From: the human T2T-CHM13v2.0 reference genome, Homo sapiens | DNA length: 64,000 bases | Assembly: GCF_009914755.1 (NCBI RefSeq) | Contig: NC_060932.1 | Strand: one strand, 5' to 3' | Shown: one piece after another, positions 38,716 through 61,189 of the stretch | Position numbering within the stretch: the first letter of the stretch is position 1 | How the letters are laid out: each line of letters begins with the position of its first letter | Position numbers and translations under genes: made by a program | Notes under the pieces: generated by a model | Databases searched by the model: none | What the model was told of the DNA's origin: nothing | What the model saw: the letters and a program-made list of their open reading frames with translations, nothing else

Positions 38716-39294
38716 TCAATTTTCATTTGTAAACCACAATGACATGTTAAAAGAAAAAAAACTTTCCTAGGTATCACTAACATAACTGTTTTTAGCAGCA
38801 ACTTCTAGATTTTCTTTGGTTCTCCTGGGGTTATTTTGTTATATACAGGCTTATGTTTAAGTCTGTACTTAGCTACTATTGAGATTAGAATATAACTGTT
38901 AATTACATCTTAGACATTTCTGCCTTGACATTAGGTGCTAAATATCCCCAAATGACTTAGTTTCTCTCTACTTAAGCCAGTTCACCTGCTCCAGGCCTCT
39001 GTGCGTTGTTTTCTCTGAAATGTCCATATGGCCAGAAAACCTACGTGTGTTACTGCGCTGCCTCCAGATCTTCTGACTTCATCCAGAACTGTTCCCATGG
39101 GGTGAATGTTTCAAATTGGCTTCTTAAAGAGACTTCTGATTTCTTCCAAACTAAATGATAAATCAACAAAGAAAACCCAGGCCATCTCACAAACGTTTTT
39201 TGGCAGCAGCCACTCTTCAGAGAGGAATACGAAGGAATTCCTCCGCGAGGGAGGGGCCGGGCAAAAGAAGAGCAGACCTAAGAATGTTCTCGGC

Positions 39295-39470
39295 CAGTGG
39301 TTCTTAAACTTCAGCACACACCAGAATCACCTGTGCCCCAGAAAGCACGGCTTGCTTGTCCCACCCCAGGGTTTCTAATTCAGGAGTTCTGGGCGGGGCT
39401 GGAGAATGTGCATTTCCAATCAGTTCCCCGGAGATTCTGATGCTTTCTCTGCAGGAGCCACAGTTCAAGC
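39295..39470. mobile_element. MER5A (hAT-Charlie MITE) inside C8orf86 last exon
   Basis: cagtggttcttaaacttcagc...cagaatcacctg...ccaccccagggtttctaattcag...gagaatgtgcatttc...gattctgatgct follows the MER5A consensus. Confidence 0.8.
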
Positions 39471-39556
39471 AGAGAGGACTGCGGAGGCTTGAGACAGGAA
39501 AGAGTTTGATAGGTTCCAGGACAAGAAAGGAGTCCAGTGTGGCTGGAGGGTAATGA
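39304..39556 (-). CDS. C8orf86: C8orf86 coding exon 3 ((S)HYPPATLDSF...VILVCAEV*)
   Basis: Acceptor ctccatcccctcAG|T; stop TAA at 39306-39304; 315+104+253 = 672 nt = 223 aa + stop. Confidence 0.85.
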
Positions 39557-39560
39557 CTGA
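39480..39560. mobile_element. L2 fragment covering the 5' part of C8orf86 exon 3
   Basis: caggaaagagtttgataggttccaggacaagaaaggagtccagtgtggctggag resembles a typical L2 segment. Confidence 0.55.
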
Positions 39561-39784
39561 GGGGATGGAGAGGGAGGCAGGTATCACAACATGCAGTGGA
39601 GACACAGACAGACACACACACACGATGTTTGAAGTGGGGTGTGCATGCGGGGTTAATGACCTGATTTGCCTTTGCAATTGTTATTTCATTTGATTCTCTT
39701 CGCAGTCACCATGCTGTGAGCTCGGTGCCTTTGATCTCTGTAAACCCCCCCACCCCGCACCATCCACAGAGTAGATGCTGGCTA

Positions 39785-39985
39785 AGCTGTATTATGTGCC
39801 AGATGCTGTCCTAAGCTCTTTATAAACATGATCTCATTTAATCCTCCTAATGACCCTGTGAAGCAGGAACTCTTATAATCCCATTTTACAGATGAGGAAC
39901 ACTGAGGCATCAGAGAGGTTACATAACTTGCTTGGGGTCACATAACTAGGAAATAACAGCCTGGCTGGTAAACTCGAGCTGAGCC
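39785..39985 (-). mobile_element. MIR
   Basis: atctcatttaatcctc...cccattttacagatgaggaacactgaggc. Confidence 0.8.
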
Positions 39986-40087
39986 CTCAGCCTCCACCCT
40001 GCGCTGCCTCTGCTGCCCCACGGTGCTGCCCTTTTACATGAGTGACCAATCTTGAAAGGCAGCCAGGTCAGACATGATGATCACCAT

Positions 40088-40683
<596 letters not shown>

Positions 40684-41434
40684 TCAACTGAGGCTCAGAC
40701 AGGCACCTGGTCATAGGTGGAGGAAGAGTATCACCCACATCTCCTGAGGCCAGATCTCAAAGGTCTTGTCACAAAACTGGGCTGCCGATAAACCGCAAAC
40801 CCGGAGAGTCTCCAGTGTGCCTGGTGCTGAACCAGGCAGACGAAGTTAACTGAGAAAGAAAAGGCCCCCGCCTGGCAGGTGTGAGGGCGAGGCTGGTACC
40901 CTGCAGAGATGGGGCTGATAGCTTTGTTCTCGGGCTGGATGCCCTGTCCGCAGCCTCCCTCCCTCCCTGGGCTGGGGCAGCAGCTGGACTCCTGTGCCTG
41001 GAGGTGCCAACAGGGCCGGTCATTCACAAAGCCACCGTTGGTTTTGTAGCCATAAAGAAAGATACAGCCCTTCCCTCTGGGGAGCGAAAGCTGATACTGT
41101 AAACACTTTGGGCTCTATCTTTGATCTGGTGGGTCATAGGAGTGGCTTTTCTCCCCAGGTAGGGTTACCAGGAGAGGACTGGGCAGACCTTTGGGAAGCT
41201 GTGCCCTGCTGAACAGATGGTGCAGGGTGGGAGGGCAGGTCTGAGAGGGGAACCCAACAATTACCCCCAGGCCTGGAACCCAGACACCAAATTTCAGGCC
41301 TCGGGGAAATTCTCAGTTTTAAAATAAATACCTGGGGCTGCTTGTAACTTTTAGTCTTTGGCTTTAAAAACAGCTCTTTTCTAGATAAAGGAAAATAATA
41401 ACTTGCAAACTTTAAAAAGCCACAAACCCCTTTA

Positions 41435-43192
<1,758 letters not shown>

Positions 43193-43316
43193 TCAGGTAT
43201 TATTGAGGACAGATATATGTACACACACACACATCCCACACATATAAACCTTACCCACTCAAAGAAAGATTATTGAGCTTGTAAAACACACTGATTTCTA
43301 AATGCCTGGTACATAC

Positions 43317-43420
43317 CTGAATGTGATAGAAATGGAAGAATGAGAGATCACTGTGGGCTGCTGTGTTTTTGAAGAAACCACAGATGCGAGTCTCTCCCAG
43401 TGGCCTGTATTCTCATAAGC
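43317..43420 (-). CDS. C8orf86: C8orf86 coding exon 2 (104 nt, AYENTGHWERLASVVSSKTQQPTVISHSSISITF)
   Basis: Acceptor ctgtctctAG|GCT and donor CAG|GTATGT; 34 codons + 2 nt, in phase with exons 1 and 3. Not in the ORF track; found by manual translation. Confidence 0.85.
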
Positions 43421-44340
43421 CTAGAGACAGGGAACAGATTAGATGATCTCCAGCCAGTCTGCTGGCTGGAGAACTGGAGAATTGTTTATAACGATACCTT
43501 ATATTTACGACTTTTCAAAAAGTGCTGTAACATCCATGATCCTATTTTTATCTCCAAAGTCATACAGCTGATAATGAAGCAGAGCCTGGGGTTGGAGTCT
43601 GTCTCTGTCAATTACTAGTGGGGCTTCTGTCTGCCCATATGGCATCTCTGTGCAAATTGGAAAACAATGCCCCTTGCTCAGGTAAAATTGTGTTAAATTT
43701 AGTATATTACCGCATAGCTTGAACAACTGTGCGTGGCAGCCTTATCCTGGCTGTGCCCAGCAGAGAGCTTTCCGGAACATCTACACTGCAGTCTTCCTGG
43801 CTGAGGGCACACATGTGCCACACTCTCATTGCTCATGCTCCCTGCCCACCCCTGCCCTCCAATGCCAGGGCATGTATGCCTCTGGCAGCTTGTACCTTTG
43901 CCTTAACCCGAATTCCTCCATTAAGTAAAGGGGTTATACCAGGTTCAAAGTGAGGAAGGGTAAAGAATTGGGTCTCCAAGGGTGCAGGGTCACCTGAATT
44001 TTGGTTGGGAGAGGCACAGTGGTGCATATGAGAGTGTCAGCAATGTATGTGCAGGCTCTTCTGAGTGTGTGTGTGATCCATTGTATGGTGTGGGTTTTAA
44101 GTAGGGGAGGACTCTCCCCTGCAGCTTCAGAACTTTGGCTGGTGTCTCCACACATTCCTTCATTCCCTGACGTGTACGATGTGAAGATATGAATACTACA
44201 CATACCTCCCACCCCAGATCGTTTATACAGTGCTGAACCTGAACAACTGTACATAGTGATCCTTGAATTTGAAGAAGTTCATTATTTATTTACTTATGTT
44301 TATTTGTTAAATAAAGTAAGTTTCAGTATAACAGTGAGAT

Positions 44341-46139
<1,799 letters not shown>

Positions 46140-46589
46140 TGATTGTCTTTTTCTAATCAATTTGTAGGCAATCTTTGTATATTTAGGGCTATCAATTCTT
46201 ATGTTATGGGCTACCAATTCTTATGTTTCTTTCAGTCTTTTGTCTTTTAGTTTTGTTTAAGGTGTCTTTTACCATATTTCACATTTTATATAACCAAATG
46301 TGTGTTTTTAATGTCTTCTAGTACAGAGTCTGGCCTGTGCAGGTCTCTAGTTCCTGCAGTTATACAAATATTCTACATTTCTTCATTGAAAAAAAAATAC
46401 AGTTAGATTGTGAATTCATTTGGATTTTATTTTAAAATCTTGTGGGAAGTATGGAGAAGTATTTAAATCTCTCTGAGGCTTCGGGTTCCTCTGTCGTAAC
46501 ATGGGCATCATTAGGATGAAAGAAAACGTGTGTAAAACTTACAGCACGATGCCTACAACAGGGCTGATCCTCAGTAAGTGGTTATAAGA

Positions 46590-47035
<446 letters not shown>

Positions 47036-47739
47036 GAGAACTAGAATCCTGACTGTGGCCTAGAGATTTTTTCCTCCATCTCAGTGACTTGGCTCATATT
47101 GGTGACTTTGCTTTTTTCTCTCAGGCAGATGTGCTGCTTTGAACTGGGTGAGTGCTCCCTCCTGGTGAGGAATATGCTGGAGCTGGGGTTGGGCAGCGAG
47201 TCAGGATGGGAGGAAGCAAGGAGGAGTGGTTTACAGAAAGTATTTCTGTGTAAGGGATACCACAGTTGGAAGTTCCCTCTGGATACCCATGGGACTTGAA
47301 CTCACGCTGCATCAGGGCTTCCTGAGCTCCTCAGGGACATCAGGTCACCAACTCCTTGTTTAGGATGGACTCTCCCTGTGGGGACAGGGAAGGAACTGGA
47401 GCTGAAGTAGATGTGAGAGGTGAAGGTGGCAGACTGTTGGGGCTCTGGAGAATCTTCCAGACATTCCTGCTGCCTCTCCCAGCAGACTATGCCAATGAAT
47501 GAATCAGAAAGCTTGAAGAGGGAAGCAAAAGATGAAAGAAATCCTGGGACCACGCAGCTTCAGAGGGCTGGATGCCACAGTCCCCAGGCTCGGGAATGAA
47601 CGCCTTAGCTGGAGCTTGGGGGCTTGGTGTCCCTGGACTACCCACACCGTAGCTCCAGGCAGGTTGCTATGCATGCTCACGTCATCATCCATATTCAGTT
47701 TCATCAATTACACTCAGTAATATCCTTGACAACTATTTT

Positions 47740-48730
<991 letters not shown>

Positions 48731-49311
48731 TGGTGGGTGTGGTGTGGGTTTTCGTTTTGTTTGTTTTTTTTTTAGCCTACTGTTTTCTCACTTATTTATT
48801 TAATCATTTACCAATGGGTAAAAGTTTATTTACCCATAAACTTTTTCCATCTCCTGACTCTGACTTAGAATCAGAGTTTTGAAGCTGGAGACAACTTTAC
48901 ATTTCATGTTGCTTTCCCCAGCCCCTTTATTTTACATATGAAAGCTCTGACCGCCCCCAACACTTAAGCATGTTTTCAAGGTCATGTGGCTCGTTAAAGG
49001 CAGAGCTTGAGCTGAAACCTGTGTCCTTGGCTCCTGGGAGGACATTTCCAGCCTCCTTAGCATTGAGAAGCTTCTACTGTTACAGTTCTTTAGGCAACTG
49101 GAACTCCCCATATCCTGTGTGGGGTGTCAGGAACTGATGGTTCTAGTATTTATTGACAAGAGTTTTCACAGAGTTCTTGGGCATCCTTCCTGAATCCTTA
49201 ACCTTGGCAATGGGAACAGAGGGTTCTCAGGGTCTTCAGAACTTCTGTCATGTTGAGCAATTTCCAAGGGCGTTGTGGTGGCCAAGATATGACAAATAAA
49301 AAACTAATGCC

Positions 49312-50077
<766 letters not shown>

Positions 50078-50104
50078 CTCTTATTGGTAGGATTCTACGT
50101 GACA

Positions 50105-50625
50105 TTGTGATGGGCATCTATCATCTGCTTGTCCAACATCCCTCCTATATTCCTTTGCCACTATCCTTCCATTTTTTTTTTTTCATGGGAGGATCACTAC
50201 CCCATTTCTAGTCCATGTGATATGGGAAGGGCTGACCCACCCTGGGCAATCAGATCAGCATGGTAGTTAATTCAGAAATGGGAATGTGACCCAAGCTAGG
50301 CCCATGACAGTCATCCCTGCACTTTTGCTGAAACTGCTGGGAATGAGGTGCTTTCTTTTCATTGGAATAGCTACTTGCAAGGCAGCAAGTAACATGGAAT
50401 TACCGGGGCCATCTTTGCTGCTCTCTCAAAAGAGCCTGCTTGAAAAATGGAGCCAATGCAGAAGAAATGAAGGGACTGAATGAGTCTTGGTTGATATTAG
50501 CTGACCCCTGATCCCACTGAGCCAGAAGCCATCTACTCATGGACATTTTTAGTTATGAGAGCCAAATAATTTGCTGCCTTGCTGGATTGAGTTAGTTTTC
50601 AGTCACTTGCAGTGAAGAGAGTGCT
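50105..50625 (+). mobile_element. MLT1 (MLT1K/L-like) MaLR LTR
   Basis: gggaatgtgacccaagctaggccc; gagcctgcttgaaaaatggagccaa; ggacatttttagttatgagagccaa; cagtcacttgca. Confidence 0.75.
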
Positions 50626-50847
50626 GCCTCATTTCACTTCCTTTTAGGCTTAGGTCCCGCCTCTCAGAGCTTTAGAGCGGTAAAAAGGATAAAGCGAACC
50701 CAGGCAGTGCTGAGCTAGCCAGTCTCCCGGCTAAGTGTGCAAAGAACCCTGGAATTACTACTACCCTGGTCTGATCAGTAGCCTTGCCTGCGGTTTACCA
50801 TACAGCAATAGGGGTATTGCTTTCTTGAGCCCTGAGGCACTATACCT

Positions 50848-51277
<430 letters not shown>

Positions 51278-51939
51278 GCACTATACTTCTATTAGTTGCC
51301 AATGCTTGCTTTGTTCTGTATTTTCTAGTGCATGCTTGAGTGTGAGTGTATGAGTATGTGTGTGATCATGTGTGTGAGTGTGTGTGTCAGTGTATTTGTG
51401 TATGTGTGTGTTCCTTTTACTCCTGCCTTGCAGGGTTATTGCAAGCATCAGGTGGGATAGTGTAGGCGCAGCACTCAGCCCAGTGCCTGGCACATACGGT
51501 GCGTGCTCTCTGCCTTCCCCTTTTCTCCTCCGGATTCAGAGAATGACTTAAGGATCTGTGATGTGTTCCAATTTTCAATGCCCTCAATAAATAATGGGGA
51601 GTTGGAATACTGTTGCCAGAAATTTGCACTAGTTTTAATTAATTTTATCTCTTTAGAGTAAGATATCTCAAAGTCACTGAATAAATTTATGTCACATACG
51701 ATTATGCACATCAGTATTTTTCTTGAGAACTGACAGCCTTAGTCCTTGTTTTGTTCCCTGATGCTGCAGCAGAGGCCAAATGTGTCCTGATTTCTTGAGT
51801 GATGGCTGCCAGCTCTCCAAGTGTCACAGTAGATGAGGCCTCCATGGGGGCAAGCGCCAAGGATGAGTGTGGCCAGGCAGCATCTGCAAGCCCCTTTTGT
51901 CTATTCTTTATTTTTGTAATACATTTTATTCTTAAGTTA

Positions 51940-52245
51940 TATATATGTTTATAAGTTTATTAATATATTTAATATAAGTTTATATTTATAAATATATTTA
52001 TAAATTTATATATTTATAAATATATTTATAAATATATATTTATAAATTTATATATTTATAAATTTATATATTTATAAATATATTTATAAATATATTTATA
52101 AATATATTTATAAATTTATATATTTATAAATATATTTATAAATTTATATATTTATAAATATTTATAAATATAAAATTATATTTATAAATATTTATAAATA
52201 TAAAATTATATTTATAAATATAAACTTTATAAAGTATAAAGTTTG
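51940..52245. repeat. AT-only minisatellite of palindromic units (TTTATAAATATA / TTTATAAATTTATATA)
   Basis: 12- and 16-bp units built on the palindrome TTTATAAA. Confidence 0.93.
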
Positions 52246-52534
52246 TATGTATAAGCCTTAAATATGTTTTGACTTATCCATATTTGTAACTTATATGGAT
52301 AAGGCAAAACATGTATACAAAATATTAATTTTCTTACCCATTTTAACCCCACCCTCTGAAGTAAACATTATAACCAGCTTCACGTGTATCCCTCTACATT
52401 TTTTATATACTACACATTTTCCCACTTGTATACATTTTCTTATTTTCTTTTTTACTTATGCAAATATATAAACATACGTATTTACTTATAGGATACCTCT
52501 TTTAATTTTTTAATGCAAAATAAGATCATATTCT

Positions 52535-53813
<1,279 letters not shown>

Positions 53814-55207
53814 TAGCAGAGCCCTGTTGGGAAAAACACCAGTTTATGAATGTAGAACCTGGGCCCAAATGTAAGACCACTCCACTCCAGATCTAGTCTG
53901 GAGCAGTGATTTCTCTGCCCCTCCCATTCTCCTTGCCTCATGTGCCCTGAGCACCTCAGCCGCCTCCATGGTCAGTGACAAGCTGTAATTGGAGTGAAAG
54001 GGCTTTGAAGTTCTGATAAATGAGATAATAAATCTCTGCTCTCCAGGGATGTAGGGCAGTGTCTGTGCCTACTGAATGGCCTCAACAGTGCTGTGTATAT
54101 AGTAACTACTTAATTATTATGAAATAAGAACAATAAATCCAGTGGTTGAAGTGATCCCTTTGAAGTTCAGGTCAACTCTGAGCCATCTGAGAAGAATGAA
54201 TGGAATGGGTAATTGAAACAGATAATCCCCAAACCTCAACTTACTAGTTAATAGGGTTAGGCTCTTTACCTATTAAACCCTTTGAGATACTCAATTTGAA
54301 AACTGCTGAAATAAATCCCCTACTTTCATTTATTTTTTCATTGTTGTGGGGCAGGAGAAATTGAGCTGTGAAATGGCCACCAGGAAGGTGGCAGGATGAC
54401 GAGTCAGGAGTCCTGTGTGAGACATCCGCAAACATCTCATAAGCAGCTTCTGAATCACACAGCATCAAGGCTGCCAAAGTGCCTGGCCAATCTTGGACCT
54501 AGAGACCTAAGAATGGGTCTCCCTGTGGACTCCTCCTGACCTGGGTGGGGCAAGGCTCTTGGAAAATAGGTCAAATGACTCTCAGTCTAGAACCGTCTGG
54601 CCAGAGATGCCCCAACTTTGCCTTTTGGGCTATTCATCAAATCCAGCCTTTAGGACGTGACATCAGGGTTTCATTTCATGGGAAGATCTGGGTGCATTTT
54701 AGTTAAAAGAAGTGATGTCATCACATCCCTGCTGAAAAAAGGAAAAAGGACCCACTTTGTGCTGACATACCGAGTCCTGGGCAGGGAAGTCTGGACAGAC
54801 ACCTGGGTCCACACCTGGCTTTTCTACCAGCTAGCTCTGTGACTCTGGGACCATTGTGACAGCTTTCTCTGCCACAGTTCCTCCCTCTGCAAAACGAAGG
54901 GCTTGAAATGCAGGATTCTAAGATTGTGGCCATCTCTGACTCTGATAACAACCCCATGAGCCTGAAGAATTCAGCACTGCTGCTCCATAGGGGGTTTCAG
55001 CAGGAAGCGGGCACAGATGGCTTTCTCTGGAACGTGTTCAGAAATGTGGTGTGTGATGTACGGTGTGAATGAAGCGTGGTGCCCTTTAAACACAGCTTCC
55101 CCCTGGGAGTGCTCTGAGCTCCTCGGGTTCTCTGGCTCTCATTCACATTCCACTGTCACTCTGGGCACTGGCAGCCCTCACGTGCTTGTGCACTGAGCAC
55201 ACACACA

Positions 55208-55320
55208 CCCCGCCCTGACTGACACACAATTGGTGACTCACAACTGACACAATCATTACACACACGGAATGACTCAGCGGGGACACTCACATGCATGGGC
55301 TCACGCTCACCGTGACGTGT
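55208..55320. promoter_or_regulatory. Candidate AP-1/CNC-sMaf enhancer at the C8orf86 exon 1/intron 1 boundary
   Basis: TGACTCA at 55234-55240 and 55270-55276 (TGACTCAGC), GC box CCCCGCCC at 55208, TGACGTG at 55313. Confidence 0.45.
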
Positions 55321-55625
55321 AGAAGTGGCTGTGCTCGTGGCATCAGGCACCCCCACAGCAGCCTTGGTGGAGGCTCTCGCCAGCGGCGTCTGCAAATGAT
55401 TTGCATTCTTGGCTCTTTGGAACTGCCTGTTCTTTGTCTCTCTGTTCGCTGCTCAACCCTTTCCTTCCCTTCTGTCCCAAACTTGGCTGGTTTTAGTCTC
55501 TTGCTCCCAAGCTCCTCAGCCAGCTTCCCGGACTGGCTCAGGCAGTCTCTAAGGCTCCTGCCAACTCCAAGATTGCTTCTAATCAACTCCTCAGCTGGGA
55601 GGAGTCCCTTCCCCAGGGGTCTCAT
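55311..55625 (-). CDS. C8orf86: C8orf86 coding exon 1 (105 codons, MRPLGKGLLPAEEL...PLLHVT)
   Basis: ATG at 55625-55623; ends ACG|GTGAGC (phase 0 donor at 55310). Peptide matches my recollection of the 223-aa C8orf86 ORF; true coding status is doubtful. Confidence 0.85.
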
Positions 55626-56937
55626 TCCCTCCCTGACCTGAGCATCTCTTCCTGTCTTCTTCAGGAAGATCTTCAATATCTGTGCCATTTGAGCCAGCCC
55701 CTTTCGCTAGATAAGGAGCACCCAGAGCTAGTCACATGATAGAAAGTGCTGGCGGCTTCTGGAGGGTGGTCTTCAGTGTCTCTGAGGGTGCCCTTTCTCT
55801 TTCTGGCAGCCCAGGCAGATAGTAGTGTTGGGGTTCTTGAAAATCATCTTTGGGAGTTGAGCAGAACCAGCTGTTACTGGAGAAGCAGAGAAAAAAGATG
55901 CTGCATGTCCCAGCCATAATGGTCTGGGAGGGACCTACCCCAGAGCGGGAACCAGGGTGGGGAAGCAGTGCAGAGGAAAGAGAGGCCTGTGTCCATGGCT
56001 GCTGGCTGAGTTCTGATGGGAAGATAGGGGAACACGTCCTGGAGCTGCACTTCCTTGCAATTCATCTTCTGCTTTCAGATTTAAGGTTACTTTGCCTAGA
56101 ATAGCTCCTGTCTTTCCTCTTTTCCTGGGGGAGCCCTCACACAGGAGAGGGAGTGTGGCAGAGTGTGATGTGAAGTCAGGGGTATAGGTGTAGCCTCTGC
56201 TAGTAGCTGTGGTCCTGGGCTAGACATTAACCACTGGAGTCTCTGCTTCCTTGGCTGTCAGATGTCCTAATACCACCTTTCTGTATCCTCCGATGTGGTG
56301 GCATAGATCAGGTGAGCTAGTAGATGTGACAGTGCTTTGACAAATTAAAAGTGGCACACAAATAAAAGTGAGAATTTGAACAGCAGCGAGGAGATGGTGG
56401 AGGGGCTGCCCACAGAATGTCCTGAGGGTCTTTGAGGGAGACCTGTAGATTCCCCTCCTGAATATGGGGTAAAGTCCTTGCTGGAATCCCAAGGCTGGAT
56501 CAGGACCTCCTTTGACTCCGGCACCAGAGGCCCAGACAAGGACTTGCTAGGCCCCTGCTCTGGACCCAGCTGTCATTAAGCTGAGTGTTTTCCTGGAGAG
56601 AGGAGAAGGGGTCCTTCCATGTGGATTTTCCCTAAGTATAGATGCTGGCCCAGCAATGCCAAGAACTGAGACACCCTGTGCCTAGCTCTTGGCTGGCTGC
56701 TTATAGCTTGAAATGCCCTTTTCAACTCTGAAACTTTTAGAGTCTGGCAATCCTTGAGAGCGTTTTTTTCCTCCTGCTTGGGTGAGAGCTTTATCTTTGA
56801 CCTCATTCTATCCATCTGAAGAACTAGAATCCAGAGGGAATGACCTTGCTTTGGCAGACCCGAGTCTTCGTCTCTCTGCCTCAAGTCCTTGCCCTGTGAA
56901 TATCCTCAGCTCTCCCTGCAACTTCAAATCTGGAAAA

Positions 56938-57239
56938 GGCGCCAGGTGCAGTGGCTCACGCCTGTAATCTCAGCACTTTGGGAGGCTGAGGATGGTGGAT
57001 CACCTGAGGTCAGGAGTTCGAGACCAGCCTGACCAACAGTGAAACCCCTGTCTCTACTAAAAATACAAAAATTAGCCCAGCGTGGTGGCGCGTGCCTGTA
57101 ATCCCAGCTACTCAGGAAGCTGAGGCAGTAGAATCATTTGAACCCAGGAGGCAGAGGTGCAGTGAGCCAAGATCGCACCATGCACTTCAGCCTGGGCAAC
57201 AGAGCGAGACTCTGTCTCAAAAAAAAAAAAAAAAAAAAA
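56938..57239 (+). mobile_element. Alu (AluS-type)
   Basis: TSD aaatctggaaaaggc. Confidence 0.92.
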
Positions 57240-57369
57240 TCTGGAAAAGGCTTCTTCAGCAAACAGACTTATAAAAATTTCCAGTTAGCCCTTTCCTTAC
57301 AATTGGTCTGCTGTTTTTGGATTTAAGGTTACTTTGCCAATGTGTCTGGCCTTAACTGTCAGTTAAATA

Positions 57370-57590
57370 TTTAACACACATAGCATGTACTATGCATCAG
57401 ACACGGTTCTAAGCATTTTTCTACAATATTAATTAATTTTTACAAAACCTTTTATGGGGTAGGCATTCTTATCCCCATTTTCCTGCATAGGACTCCAAGG
57501 ACAGAGGTTAAATAACATGCCTAAAGTGGGGCAGATTAGCCTACAGTGGCGGGCGTGGAATTCAACCCAGGCCACCTGCCTGGGGAAATT
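57370..57590 (-). mobile_element. MIR
   Basis: tactatgcatcagacacggttctaagc...atccccatttt...cagaggttaaataacatgcc. Confidence 0.7.
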
Positions 57591-58666
57591 AGCCTGTGAC
57601 CCCAGCTTTCTTCTGCCCACTGGTGGGTGGTGATTCCAACAGCAACATATGCTTCTGATGGTTTTCTGGAGAGCAGCAGGAATTCCTGATCAACTGGCAA
57701 GAAGGAGAAATGAAGCAAAGCCAGAGCTGTGCCCGATACCTTTGTTCAGGCTCAGGTCCACTCCAGCACACGTGCCTGTGTTCTCATCCCCCAGGTTGGT
57801 CTCTTCCTTGGCTCCTCCAACAGCCACATCTACAAGAGAATAGAGCCACTCTTTCTCTAACTGTCCTCTCCCTTCTTCCCTCTCTGGGGGAGTCCTGTGG
57901 AGCCATTGTTCTCCCAACCTCAGCTATTGGGCCTTTCTTGGCAAGGACCTAGTGGCGTCTCTTATTTACCCATTAACAATTAAGCTCCAGGCATTTGACA
58001 TATAAACACAGAAAACATCAGCATCATTACAGCAAAGATTTCAAAAGCCCTTTGGCAGGGAAGGGCTTGAATATTTACTTAACAAAAGAATTCCTTACTT
58101 CGGTTTTAAGAAAGAATTCACAATAGGATTTAACAAGCCAGTTTCTCCAGTAAATTAAAAACATTCTTTTATTCATTCAGAATATGATTTGTGTTTTTAA
58201 AAATGTGTCTCACATACAACTTTTCAAGAGAACACTCGCGGCGTTATCCCTGAGAACTCTGTTCCCACATTATCTTCCAGTGTTTCTCATTTGTTGAGAT
58301 GGTCCTGCACTAAGCAGAGAGAGATAATAGCTGCGGAGTGGGGGGTGTGCCTTAGGATCTAAGATTCCACCCTTAGCGATTCTTTCTTTTGTTTCAAGAG
58401 TGACTTCTACAGAAGGGTTTCTTTTATTATACAAGAAGAGTGTTGCGAAGTATATCTTCCATGACTAGAGGTACTTAAGCCAGTCTATTAGAGTACTGGG
58501 CCCTTGGGAAGAGGAAGGAGGAAGGGGAGAAAGAACACAGGTAGGTTTATTGGGGGAAAGAAGGGATATTCACCTGTTCATTTGTTTGTTTGTTAGTAAT
58601 GACTCATATTCCTACCATTGCCAGACATTTGGAATACAAAGGTAAATAAGAAAATAGTATAGTCAA

Positions 58667-59415
<749 letters not shown>

Positions 59416-59439
59416 TTAAGAAAAATTCCTAAAACTTGT

Positions 59440-59670
59440 ATTTGCTATGTGCCCAGCATTATATAATACTAAGCATCTTGCATTTTAACTCATATAATCT
59501 TCATAAAAATATAAGGAAAGTGCTGTTGCTATCCTTATTTTACAGAAAAGCAAACAGGCTCAGAGAAGTTAGGTAATTTGCTAAAGCCCACAGATAATGA
59601 GCAGTAGAAATGGGAGAAAAACTCAGGCTTTCCAGCTCCAGAGCTCATGGTTAGTGCTCTTAACCACTAT
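59440..59670 (-). mobile_element. MIR
   Basis: ccttattttacagaaaagcaaacaggctcagagaagttaggtaatttgc. Confidence 0.75.
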
Positions 59671-59699
59671 GATATATTTTTGTATACAGAGGCAATGAT

Positions 59700-61170
<1,471 letters not shown>

Positions 61171-61189
61171 AATTGATTTTATAAATTTT

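Noticed and set aside
51960-52220. Regular palindromic repeats as a CRISPR-like array
   Set aside because: No unique spacers or cas genes; a eukaryotic AT minisatellite.
55291-55641. 116-aa plus-strand ORF
   Set aside because: Antisense shadow of C8orf86 exon 1 with no independent evidence.
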